This document shows positions 13,054-25,300 of a stretch of DNA of 64,000 bases, one piece after another (positions within the stretch are counted from its first letter, which is position 1; every line of letters starts with the position of its first letter). Under the pieces are notes generated by a model. The model searched no databases. It was not told the DNA's origin and was given only the letters and a program-made list of their open reading frames with translations. The position numbers were made by a program, and so were the translations under genes. This stretch comes from Centroscyllium fabricii (lineage: Eukaryota), in contig JBNRSN020000024.1 in the NCBI GenBank assembly GCA_051313645.2, positions 74,028,001 to 74,092,000 of the forward strand, in the 5' to 3' direction.

Positions 13054-13804
13054 TGGCCCAGAAAAATCAGGTCGGAGGCTTCCCGCGTGTGTAAGCCTCC
13101 AACCTGCACTTACCTACCGCGCTGGCCATTGAGCTGTGGGCCCGCGTGGAATTCCGATTCGAGGCCTTCCTCAACTGCCGGCGCGCAGTGCTCGCGTATC
13201 CCAGCGATGCAGTGAGTGCGATGGATCGCGTGGGCCATGGAGAGCCAATCAGAGCAGAGAATGCTCCGTGCACAAGTTTGACAGGAAGAGCTGTCAAAAC
13301 TATGAAAACTACAAGCCCCAAAACATCACTGAAACTTCAAATGAATTTTTTTTTTTTTTTTTAAATCACATTTTAAAAATAACTATAAATTACATTAAAT
13401 AACTATTGTAAACAATAATTTACATTTTTTATTAATTATTTTTCCTAACAGGGCTAAAAATAAACTTACCTTTAAAGTATTTAAAAATAATAAACCTGTG
13501 GAAGAAATGTTTTAATTTGAATTAATTCAGCACTTACCTTGTTAAAAGCGAGCCTTACGCCTGCTTTTTTCATTTCTAACTTATTCTTACTTACCCGGAC
13601 AGAAAATCTTGTAAAAAAAAAAAGCACAAGTGCAATCAATGCGCACGCGCTGCCACTGCCACGCACGTGCTTCACCGCGTAACCCCTTAGTTCGGGGAAC
13701 AGAAGTGCCGGTTTCCCGTGCATGCAGAAAACCGGCACCTTGCAATGGCCGACACGTGAGCACCCTCTCCGTACTCACGCGTTCAGAGCTCAATTTCTGG
13801 GCCG
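13054..13804. mobile_element. PIF/Harbinger-like MITE
   Basis: TIRs TGGCCCAGAAA / TTTCTGGGCCG; 3-bp TSD TTA at 13051-13053 and 13805-13807; GC-rich arms around an AT-rich core. Confidence 0.7.
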
Positions 13805-13937
13805 TTATCTTCTCTGGCGATCCCAGTCCAGTCCGTCTGTGTTGCGGGACCTCCACCTCGCCATCATTGTACTATTTACCGTATTTCCACCTAGTCTCAC
13901 CAAACAAAATTAAATTTTGCATTTTTATTAATATTTT

Positions 13938-14542
13938 TTCAATTCAATTCAATTCACGTTTTATTGTCATTGCAGAGTACTAGTACAATACAACGAGATG
14001 AAGACTCGACTCTCCCGAGAGTAGTGCAAACAAAATAAATAAATTACATGAAAATTGCATACAGTAAAGTTCATTATCAGGCGTGCAGGTACCGGAGTTT
14101 CTTTTTAGAGTTCAGGAGGCTGACAGCCCTGGGGAAGAAGCTGTTCTGAAATCTAGTCGTGCGGGTGCAAATTGCTCTGTAGCGTCTCCCGGAGGGCAGA
14201 GGGGCGAACAGACTGTGGCTGGGGTGTGTGGGGTCTTTAATAATGTTCATAGACCTCCGTAAGCAGCGTTTGAGGTAGATGCTTTCCATTGACGGTAGCT
14301 GTGTACCGGTAATTCGTTGGGCAGTTTTGACTACCCGCTGCAGGGTTTTCCGGTCCGAGATAGTGCAATTACCATACCAGACAGTGATGCAGCTTGTCAG
14401 TATGCTTTCTATTGTGCAGCGGTAGAAGTTGGAGAGGATGCCGGATGACAGCCTGGCTTTCTTCAGCTTCCTAAGGAAGTACAGGCGCTGTTGGGCCTTC
14501 TTAACCAGAGAGGAGGTGTTTAGTGACCAGGAGAGATCTTCC
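13938..14542 (-). mobile_element. Rex1/Babar-type LINE 3' fragment
   Basis: WSLNTSSLVKKAQQRLYFLRKL...FYRCTIESILTSCITVWYGNC and IIKDPTHPSHSLFAPLPSGRRYR...RTTRFQNSFFP (DUF1891-type C-terminus); (ATTGA)n tail. Confidence 0.85.
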
Positions 14543-15659
14543 TTTACAATGTTTTAAAGTATTTTTATCAACACCTCTAGAAAAGCAATAATGGCTTCTA
14601 GTGCCTGACAAGTTACTGGAACTTAAGATGGTTACTTTTGACCGTTGTTTTCTGCAGGTTTTAATAAAGAGAACTGGTCAAACGAACAAACGGATGGGTG
14701 AAATAATATAACCATTTGCATTATAGTACCCGTCGAGTGAAAGGTAACACTTCATGTATGTCTGGTACTAAGTTTGCCAACTTACGTCTTAATCAATTCC
14801 TGGCGCATCGACCGTGTGCTACAAGCTGGCAGAACTGTGTGCCCACCAGAGGAGAGTGGCACGGGGCTGTTTTGCGGCAAGATTGAATTCTGAAACTATG
14901 AAATAGAAATTGCTGGGAAGAGAAAGATAGATTAACCTCTCATGGGAGACCCTTCATATCAACTGCCACATTTCCTTTCATTTTGAAGCTACGACTGACT
15001 CCCCCTTTTCCTTTTTCGTTATTCTTCTCAAGTTGTGGGTGATGCTGGCAAAACCTGTTTAATTGCCCATCGCTAGTTATCCTGAGACGATGATGGTGGT
15101 GGTGGTGGTGGGCCTTCTTTCAGAGGCCACTTCAGAGGACATAAAGCATTGTGGGAATGCCTTCACCGCATGGGACTGCAACGGTTCGAGAGGAAGGCCC
15201 ACCACCCCCTCCCTCAAGGGCAGCTAGGGATGGGCTATAAATGACAGCTTTGCTAGCCCATATCTTTTAAAGAGCCAGGAACTTAGTAGAATCAGATAGA
15301 CCAGGTAGAACATTAGCGAACCAGTTGGTTTTTTCCAACAATCTGACAGCTTTCACGCCCATTTTTTTCTGCTGCTGGTCCACTAATTACCAGAATTTAC
15401 TAAATTAACTTTCACAACTTACTGTGATAGGATTTGAACTCGTGACCTTTCGTCAGTACGATAACCACCAAACCCTGATCACTTTCTAATGCTTTTTTAA
15501 CTACTTGACGGAGATGACTTGCATAGTCTGTAACACGTTGCATCTCTTACCCATATTTTAAAATCTATTTACACCTAATCATTTTCTTTTTGCGAAGGGC
15601 GTTAGCAAATCTGAACTCTGAATCCGCTTCTCCTACTTTTGCCTGTATGTTCTGGTCAG

Positions 15660-15812
15660 TCCTAAAGGGAATTGGATTAAGTATTTGAAAAGGAAAAACA
15701 AAGTGCTGGGCTTTGGGGAAAGAACAGGGGAATGGGATTAATTGGAGAGCTCGTTCAAAGAGCCGGCACAGGCACGATGGGCCGAATGGCCTCCGCCTGT
15801 GCTGTATGATTT
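15660..15812 (+). mobile_element. CR1 3' tail fragment
   Basis: AAGGGAATTGGAT...AAAGAGCCGGCACAGGCACGATGGGCCGAATGGCCTCC...GCTGTATGATT. Confidence 0.65.
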
Positions 15813-16984
15813 TATAACAGAGCTGCGACCACTTAATCATGCCAGTTCTGATGAAGGGTCCCTCGCGAAACATTAGCCCACTTTTTTTAATCTTTCAGAT
15901 GCTGCTGTGCGTTTCCAGCATTTACTCTTTGTTTCAAGCTGGTTTAGAGTTGAGCATTTGTGGCTGTAACGTCTCGGATGGGTGCAGCAGCATGTTTTCC
16001 TTGCTAACTGCGCATACCCCTCTTGCGTAATGTGCGGGTGGTTTACACATAGCACTGTTACCATTTACATTGTGGACTGTAGCTAGCAATCCCCCTGCTT
16101 ATCTGGAATGGCATTTCGATGAAAATACCATGAAAAAATAGAACACGAGAACTCTTAAAATAAAGTGATATTGTAGAGAATAAAATGGTGGTTGTGGTTT
16201 TTTCTTCCCCCCGACCCCCCACCCCCAAGTGTTTAACCAGTTGTTGTCTCTCTGCTTCCTTTAGATTGTCAGCTATACTGCCCTTGGTACAAATAAATAA
16301 ATAAATTGCCTCAGTGCATTGAAAAATTGAGCTCAAGGTTATCATTAGAGACCCAGATGAACTGATTATTTGGACAATGCAATGTACAAAACAATGAGTA
16401 CACTGCTAAGTAGGAAAATGATAAGAGTATCCTTAAAAACAGTCTAACTCACCACTGTGTTAGACTGGCTGCCAGTGGACCCTGGGTTCATTTAGGCTTT
16501 CATCCTTCCAAGGATGAAATGAGTACCACATCTTAAGATGCGCGAGGACAACAGAAGCCGTCAGAGTATTGCAGTGCTTGCTTTACTGTCTTCACATACT
16601 CCCGGTAGGGATCAGCAATGCCTCATGACTACTGTCTCTTATTTTGGTAATATGGAGATTTTGCAGGGCCACCAAAGTTCGGTGCCAAGTTGCCAAGATC
16701 AACTATTCAATGCAACCCGCTAATGGCATGGAAGCCAAGATGCTTACCACCCACCCCCAAGGAGGAAGGGCGAATGAAAGAGCGCCCCCCTTGTAAATGC
16801 CAGGTGACTGTACAGAAGGACTCATGAGAAATGGCCATGGCCATCTGGATGAGGTCTCGGAATGCAACAGGCACCATGGCATGACTCCCTGGGATGAATC
16901 ATTGTCTTCAGGGGTGGAGTTAGAAAGCCGTGGGCGGAGGGAATATAACGTTTTTTTAATTTTTTTTTAATATATAAAGGAAAA

Positions 16985-17335
16985 ATATTTGCGTTTATAT
17001 AGCATCTTTCACATCATGTGCCAAAGCACTTTGGAAGAGAATTTTTGGAAGAGATCATTTTTGGTGGTGTTTGTTGAAGGCCAGAACACCTTCCCTTCGC
17101 ATACTGCCGTGGGATCTTTTACATCCTCCTGAACAGGCAGATGGGGGCCGCAGTTTAACGTCTCATTCAAAAGACAGCACTGCAGCACTCCCTCAGTACT
17201 GCACTGGAGTGTCAGCCGAGAGTATACACTGAAGGCCTAGAGTGGGTCCTGGAATTCACGAGCTTCCAACTCGAGAGTCAAGAATAGCAACTTACATTTA
17301 TATAGCACCTTTAACATAGTAAACATCCCAAGGCA
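16985..17335 (-). mobile_element. Degenerate DeuSINE fragment
   Basis: GGGATCTTTTACATCC...GTTTAACGTCTCATTCAAAAGACAGCAC...GCAGCACTCCCTCAGTACTGCACTGGAGTGTCAGCC, similar to 5385-5790. Confidence 0.6.
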
Positions 17336-20300
17336 GCAGTGAGGCGGAGAAGGCAACAATTACAAGGCATATAATGTGGGTGTTTTTTTTTAAACATGGT
17401 CCTAAGTGTCAGATACAAAGCTTAGTTTAGCCACAGATGTGCCCCCCAAAAAAAGAAACCTTGAATGAAGCTCACTGAGCCAACTTCTATGAATGGTTTG
17501 TCAGAAAGACGTAAAAAATCACCACCTCACCTCATAAATATTAAACAAAATGTAAAATGGAAGAGGAATCCCACAGAAGGCTATTTTACTCTCATTATAA
17601 CCTTCCAGCTGCCCTTCCCATTAGCCCGATTACAGAATAAATAAATTCAGTAAATCAGGCAGGCAGCAGAGTGGTGATACCCCCTCTACTTAACTGGACA
17701 GGGAAACCCAGTGAGGATTCGTAGTGCTACATTGGTCAGGAGGGGTGGCAACCCATCCAACTTTTAGAAAAGGGGCAGGTTCAATGCCAAATAAAGATAA
17801 GGTTCTTTCTCCAAGCAAACACTCTGAACAATGTCAACATCGAGGCTGCTTCGGCTCAGTCAAAAGACCCAGGTAAAGTAGCTGCCCTGATAATGCCAGA
17901 ATAGTCACTTAATATGGATAGATACTTTCAATCTTTACTGATTCAAAACTCTAATGGACTACCATTTTTTCTGAAATTAATGTGTGCCACGTATTATGTA
18001 GTAGGAGATTAAATCAACCATTGGGCTATTAGCCAAGGCTGATCCGGTCCCCATGTGCCTTCACAAACACACGTACAATGTCCAAAGAGCCACTAGTCAG
18101 ATCAGGAGCAAGAACCTTAGCCAATCTTTAATTTCCTTAGGTGGTGCTGCTCTCCTCTTTCTCTCTCTCTCTCCCTCTCCTTCCTTTCTCTTCCTCTTCC
18201 TCTTCCTCTTCCCTCTCCACCCCCCCCAAATCCCAGAGTGCACAAAGCTGATCCTGTGGGGCCACTATAATTGGCCTAAGAGTCCCATCATATTGAGACT
18301 TTAGTGCAAAAGTATGAGAAATTAGCCAATGGACTCTGCGAACGTTATAACACCCACTCCCCAGCAGGGCCAAGACAAGCAGCAAATTTGGTTCGGGGGG
18401 GGGGTGGCTGAAGAAGAAACACAAGTGAGCGACAGGCAAAAAGACAACCATATTTTGCTGGCATAAGGTTACTTTGCAAGTTGGCATTTTCCCCCCCAAG
18501 AAACAAAATGACTAATTGCAATAAACAAAAACAGGTCAGTCATGACAAGTTATTCAGCATTTGACTGAATTAATGATTTACTGCTTGGGTAATTGTGGAG
18601 AGGGACTCTAGTATCAGAAACATTTAGTTGCAATTACTTTGGTTTTCTCCTAAAACTGCAAATGTACATTGCCAGAGTTGCAGATTCATGGAAATAAGTG
18701 TGCTGCCTAAAAGGGCAGTGGAAGCTGATGCAATAGTAAATTTCAAAGGGGAATTGGATATATACTTAGAAAGGGAAATTTTGTAGGGCTGTGGGTAAAG
18801 AGCAGGGGAGTGGGTACAGGAACGATGAGCCAAATGACCACCTTCTGTGCTGTACAATTCTACAAAATAGCACTTTTGCCCAGTTGAAGTAATGTGAAAT
18901 GAGAATTAGGGTTTAGTTTAAAGTTAGTGCAATGTCACCTTGGAGTTCACTATTTAATGTTTAATTCCAGAATTACACATTACAATTTTGTGGGGGCAGT
19001 TACAGGACTGCTGGAGATTACAGTACAAGATTCACTAGAATCAGAGGATTCACTAAAAATCAGAGGAAGGACCGTCACAGTAAGTGAAAAGGCAATTAGA
19101 ATATCTAGGAGAAAATGTGATGGCAAAGCAGCGTTAGTGAAAGCCATGACTGGGCCACACTAATGCCCTCTGGCAGAGATTGCAGTAAGGAAAAGCCTCA
19201 TGTAGGCAGCACATCAGTCTCACTTGGGCTCTGTCCCAGATTAACAAACAGTGCAGAGTAGAACAAATAGAGTAGAACAAATGTCAAGTAATTCATGAGG
19301 AAGGCATGCCACTGAAGAGCACCTATATTCAATTTTAATCAGTTTCCATTCTCCATATGGAGGCACAATCTTTAACTGGTAGCATTTCACTATTAAAAAC
19401 AAACAGACTGCATGTCTTATTTGAAACCCAGCCACACAAAAGAAAAAAAGAAGGTAGCTGCTAGCTAGACTGTATTCTATATCTGCAGCATTTGATGGAA
19501 TTCCAAGTTGATTTATGCCTAGTGCCAAGTTGCTCACCCTCACTTCTGCCTACCCCCAAAAGCAGATCCAGCCATCAGCTCGTGGGTATTGGTCACCAAT
19601 GCTCAACTTTATACAAAGTTGGCAAATACCAGATATAGAGATATCCTGTAAAAGAATTTACCTCCCCTCCCTGCATCTTGTGCTCCAGATTGAGAGAATG
19701 CCATTTAGTCTGGCTGGAGACAGCCCAATCTCAGAGGGGAGATAACATTCCAGAATAGCCGCACCAATACAAAAAACCCAAGTGTGCAACAGAAGTTCTA
19801 TTGAGCAGGTGCACAAGGTGTTGGATAATATTTAAAAACAACATGATCCTGCACACAAAATATCACAAGTTTATAAAATGTGCATCAATCTAACTATACC
19901 TTCCACAGCCTCTTGAAACAATGGGACTACTTCAGATCATTTGATCAAAAGATTGTATGGGAGTGAAGTTGTTCCAACAATTTAAGTACCAACAGGAAAT
20001 CCAGCTTGATGAAACAGAAAATGCTGGAGAAACTCAGCAGGCCAGGCAGCATCGGAGGAGAGGAGCAGAGTTGACGTTTCAGGTCGATGACCTTTTCAAA
20101 ACTAGGGCCAGTTTTTTTATATATATTCCCATCAACTGATGGGAAATTGCACCCTCTAGTGTTTAAGCTTTGGATACCACTGGGAATGAAGAGTAAAAAT
20201 TTATATTAATGTACAGTGTGCCACAAGGTTCTAGAACAACCTTTGCCTAGCTGAAAGTGCCATTTAGTGAGCTACTTTACTGAATACAGGGTACTTGATA

Positions 20301-22320
20301 AGATACAAAACTGAGTGAACAAATTATGTAAGACACCTAAATTGCTTAGTCCGCTAGTTTAACCATCATGTTAGTTTTGATTCCCGTCCAGCAATGTGCC
20401 ACCTTCTAAAAGTGTGAAGGAACCAAATTCAGAGATTAAGTTCCACATTTTAAAAGTCAAGTTAATTACTGTTGGCAAGTTATGACTGAGCAGTTGTTGC
20501 ACTGGTTGAAAGCAACCATTTGGTTACAAGCCAAAGAGGGAGGTAGATTTAAAATTCCTTCCCATGTAATACTGAACACAAAAAAAGGTCAGAAGAGGAA
20601 AGATTCACCGAGTTTAATGGTCTGCATAAATGCAACATTTTACTACAAGTTTTGATTTATAAACTATTTCTGGAAGTATACTGGATTTTGAAACAAACAC
20701 ATTAAACTGAAACAAGGTTGTTAAATGACAAGAACATTTACATTGAAAGTCCCACCCTGAAGCCAAAGGTTAAAGTAGCCATCACACCAAGTCCCCAATT
20801 TGCAGGGACTAGCATTGGTAATTTAGGAGAGTAGATTTGATTTTACCACTACCTCCTAAAAAGAATTGGCTTTGCCAAGATATGCCCAATCACATGGAGA
20901 CAGCACAAGTGTTTCCAGCACAAGGGCTCTCGACTGTCCAGTGACTTTGGAAGAAATGATTGAACAAGTTGAGAAAGCACTTGGCAATCAAGGGGGGGAA
21001 AAAGGGTCCAGAGTGTTGAAACTTGATTTAAGTACAGTTCCATGTTGTATGAAGAATGTATACAAACAAATAGCATCAGTGTTACCTTGAAACCCTGTTG
21101 GGGTCCATTTTAGATGCAGTCCACACCAGAAGGTGCACGGAGCAGCAATTATAAAGTGTTATGTAGCTAGGGGCTTATGACAAATACATTTTTTGCACAC
21201 ACAAGACATGTATAATGAGACTTCAGAATTCACCATGCTGAACAGAATTCAAGACCTGTGCATTTGACGACAGTTCCAGCACAGAAGGAGTCCAGAGATC
21301 AAGGCCAATGTGAGGGCAATCACTGCTGCTGCAAATAGGACGCCATCAGCTACATTTCCTGTAAACAGATTTAAAGTTGTGAGACTGACGCTGTATACCA
21401 ATGATTACATGCACTATCCTCCCATTCTACTTCCAGCTAGCTTATACCAATATTCTTCATCTCACTCGATTATACACCAGTGCCCAATGAATGTTTTGAA
21501 ACAGGTTCTCCACTACACCATACCAATGATAGCTTCAAGATCCCATGTTATATCAATGCCTTCAGAATTCCCAATATGGTTAATACATCTTTCCAAGGTT
21601 CTGACCACCAGTTCACCACACACCTCAATCAGGTCAGCTGCACCAAATTTAGACCAGCAACTCTAGAAAGCACAACTGCTACTTCCTTGTAACCCATGCT
21701 CTTCAATCTGAAGCCAAATATCATGACAAGGAATGTTATGTTGACTCACATCAAGCTACTACCCTATAGCAAAGGCATTAAGCCAACACTGCAATACCAT
21801 AATCTAGTACGAGCCATTTGGTCTACCAAATTTACTACAGCTGGGAGGCAAATCCAGTTAGGAGCACAGCAGAATACAAAGTGTTACCTTCATTCTGGGC
21901 TCTTGCCAAGTGAAGCTCTTTTGAGTACCCATATGCCTATTGTCCAAAGGGGTGTAATTTAACCTGGTTAACAAAAGTAAATACATACAAGTAACATTTC
22001 CCCAGTGCCAAAGACTGGTTTGTACCTTGTGGCAGTGATTTAGCGCAGGAGTTAACTTAATTTTCAAATTATTCCACATTTGTTAAGTGAACCTGAAGCA
22101 GTTTGGGGACACTGCAGTGACTACACCCAGTTGCACCAGAAGGCATTTTACAAGGACTGGCATTGCCAATATAAAAGAAATGGCAGGAGCTGTAGTGAAG
22201 TACTTACAAGAGGCAGGAAACAATGCTGGGGTAGAATGAGCGCACAAGGGCCAGAATAGCAATATCCCCGATTAGCCAATAAAGTTAGGGCCACTAGACA
22301 TGATTATTTAATTTACAATG

Positions 22321-25300
22321 TCAGGTCTGCAGGGCCTGTTCATCCAATTCTGCAAATTTACAAGTGAGCCCTTCAAAAAGTAGTTAGCTGCCAGTTCAGT
22401 CTTCACATTACAATTATGGCGCAGGATTATGACATATTTTGGTTAGGAATAGGCATGCAGAACACTTCATACCATTTGTCTGGGAAGATTCATCAACACG
22501 CTCTTCAAGAGAGAAAATTATTGGCTTCTTCAGTGTTACCAGTCCTTGGTGTTGGGCTTCAATTGAAGAAAGTAAGTCTGAATTTCTGGTGATTCCTGGC
22601 AAAGGAGAAAGTGTTAGATATTCTACATATTAGTCAGTGATATTCTACATATTAGTCAGTCATCTACAACCCACTCGAAGCCTGAAATTTGCAATCATTT
22701 AAGCCTTTCCTAGTCTCAAAATAGTTGGTTTTCTAGTGCAAGCAAATAATGAGGCACTCACGGCAGCCTGCGGTTATATTTCAGCTTCACAACTGTGAAA
22801 CACTGCTGAAAGATCCCTGCAGACTGCACATTGCAGGTTCATGCAGCTCAAATTGTGGAAAGTTGCATGAGAGAGTCAAGGCAGCAGAGAATCAGATTTA
22901 ATACACAATTATTGGTCTGCCTACAATAGCTGTAGAAAAATCATGGCTGAAAGATGGGCAGCATGAAATATTTGAAGTCGCAGGTGCTGCTTACTTTTTC
23001 CAGCGTCACACGTTGTGCTACACTTTTCCATTTCAGACAGAAGGCACACAGCTGCACTACAATGAAAGTAGACCTACAAGGGAGAAAAAAGTTATACTGG
23101 AGCACCAAGTCAGTGAGAACATAAGAGCAGGAGTAGATCTCACAGCCCCTAAAGCCTGCTCTGCCATTCAATAAAAAGTATGAAAAAAGGTCTAACCTCT
23201 CCAGTCAAGAGGACGTGAACTCTGCCCCAAAACGTAAAGGTCTTCACTTCAAACCGTTTGTGATGTGTTGGAAACTGCAAGCTGGGAGTGGCATCGACTG
23301 CATGCAACTGGGTCAAGTAGTTGTCCTTATAATATGGGCACCTAGGACAAAAAAAACCCACCAAAGGCTTTGTTGTGAAGGTGTTCATCCTGGATACAGA
23401 ATGCTTATTTGTCCAGCTTAGCTGCTGTGAAGATTATTCTTACTATGGGGGGGGGGGGGGGGGGTAAGGTACAAAAGGAGATAGATAAATTAATACTATG
23501 GGGGGGGGCGTGTAAGGTACGAAAGGATAGAGAAATTAAAAGTTCCTTTCACATCAAGTCATAGTGAACATGGGGAAACTGAATCTGCACACAGCAAAGG
23601 TCTCCCAAAAAACCAATGAGCCAAGATGAGACCAGACCATCTACAAGATGCACTGCAGCAACTCGCCAAGGCTTCTTCAGCAGCACCTCCCAAACCCATG
23701 ACCTCTACCACCTAGAAGGAAAAGGGCAGCAGGCACATGGGACCACCACCAGCTACAAGTTTCCTTCCAAGTTACACACCATCCTGATTTGGGAAGTATA
23801 TCACAGTTCTCAGTCACTGGGTCAAAATCCTGGAACTCCCTCCCCAACAGCACTGTGGGAGTACCCACAGATTGCAGTGGTTCAAGGTGGCAGCTCACCT
23901 CCTGCAGGGCAACTAGGGATGGGCAATAAATGCTGGCCTTGCCAGTGATGCCCACATCTCATAAGTGGAAAAAAAGATTGGAGTGTTGCTGCTGGAAATA
24001 AATGTTGGCCAAGACATAGAATTCCCAGCTCTGAATGGTGCCAAGAAATCTTCCACACAAAAGAGGGTATATGGACCCATTTAAAGTGTAGCGTGCAACA
24101 CTTAGCGGAGGATGTCAGCTTAGGTCTTGGTTTCTTGCCGCTGGGTCTGACAGTAGGGAAATATCAAACTGGTGTGAAGAAGGTGGAGAAGATCTTTGAA
24201 CTAAAAAAAAAAGTGAACTGGATCTTGGTCTTTTACTTAAATACTAAACAGCTTCAAATTTTAGCTGCAAGATTTTCCAGACATGCTAAATAATTATTGC
24301 ACAACTATAGCAATCCTGGTAACAAAGGGGAAATTAAGGCCAAGAAAAACAAGAAAGTTTCAATGCTGTAGTCACATTCAAGCCATGAACCTGGCTACAA
24401 AGGCAAATATTGAATTATCGATTGGGAAATAAACTGCCTAGCCACAAGCCTCAGCTGAAGAAGCTTTAAGACAGTATAAGGGAAGTGTGGAAGTATACTT
24501 GCCCTTTCACAAGAATGCTCCACTGTTTGCCATGATGAGGGGCTGGTGTTTGGGTTGCCCAACAGTCATTCAGCACGAGTGCAATGTTGGCATCCACTCT
24601 GTGGAGAAGGCGTACTTCTACATACACTGGCTCCCTAAGAAATTTTACTATCGGGTAGTCTTCATCAGCAAACCAATTACTGTAGGACTCCTCTGTGGAA
24701 ATAAACTAGATCAGTAAAAAAATGTACAGGCCTAGTATTCTTCCAACTCACATTGAAAGTTTGCGTTACCTTTTGCAATCCTCATTTCCATTTGGAGGAC
24801 ACCATCCTGCACGACAAAAGGCAGAGGCAAAGGAGTGTTCACCACCAGCGTCAAAGGGATGTTCCTCCGGCCTGTTAAATGGCAGGTCACGTGCAACCTA
24901 TAAGCAATAACATTAAAGGCTTTTCTCTTGTAGAAAGCATCAGCAAAACTACTAGAAATGGAGGAGCCAAAAAAAAGTGCCAATCATTGTAATAGACCTC
25001 CCAAGCTTAACATGAAAAGTGCTAAAGCTTTGCATCAGGGTGGAGTTATGGGTGGCAGGGGAGAAGAACTGGTGCAAGAGCCTGGGGGTAATGGAGCCAG
25101 GTTTAATCTCTGCCAATTTCACCATTACTGTACCACAATGAACTGATTTAAGCTCAGAGCTCAAATAAAGGAAGGTCTTGAGCAACTTTACCAAATGTGA
25201 CAAAAGTATATTACATGATACGATACTGCGGATGCTGGAAATCCAAACCGAAAAATGCTGGATCAACTCAGGTGGAGAGAAAGAGTTATCGTTTCAGGTC

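Noticed and set aside
20849-21962. Short ORFs shared by both copies in the ZP 3' flank
   Set aside because: Shared only because of the recent duplication; indels between copies break them and the region looks like decayed LINE
22617-23540. Small copy-A-specific tandem duplications (22 bp at ~22617; G-run block at ~23440-23535)
   Set aside because: Ordinary intronic slippage with no evident effect on splice sites
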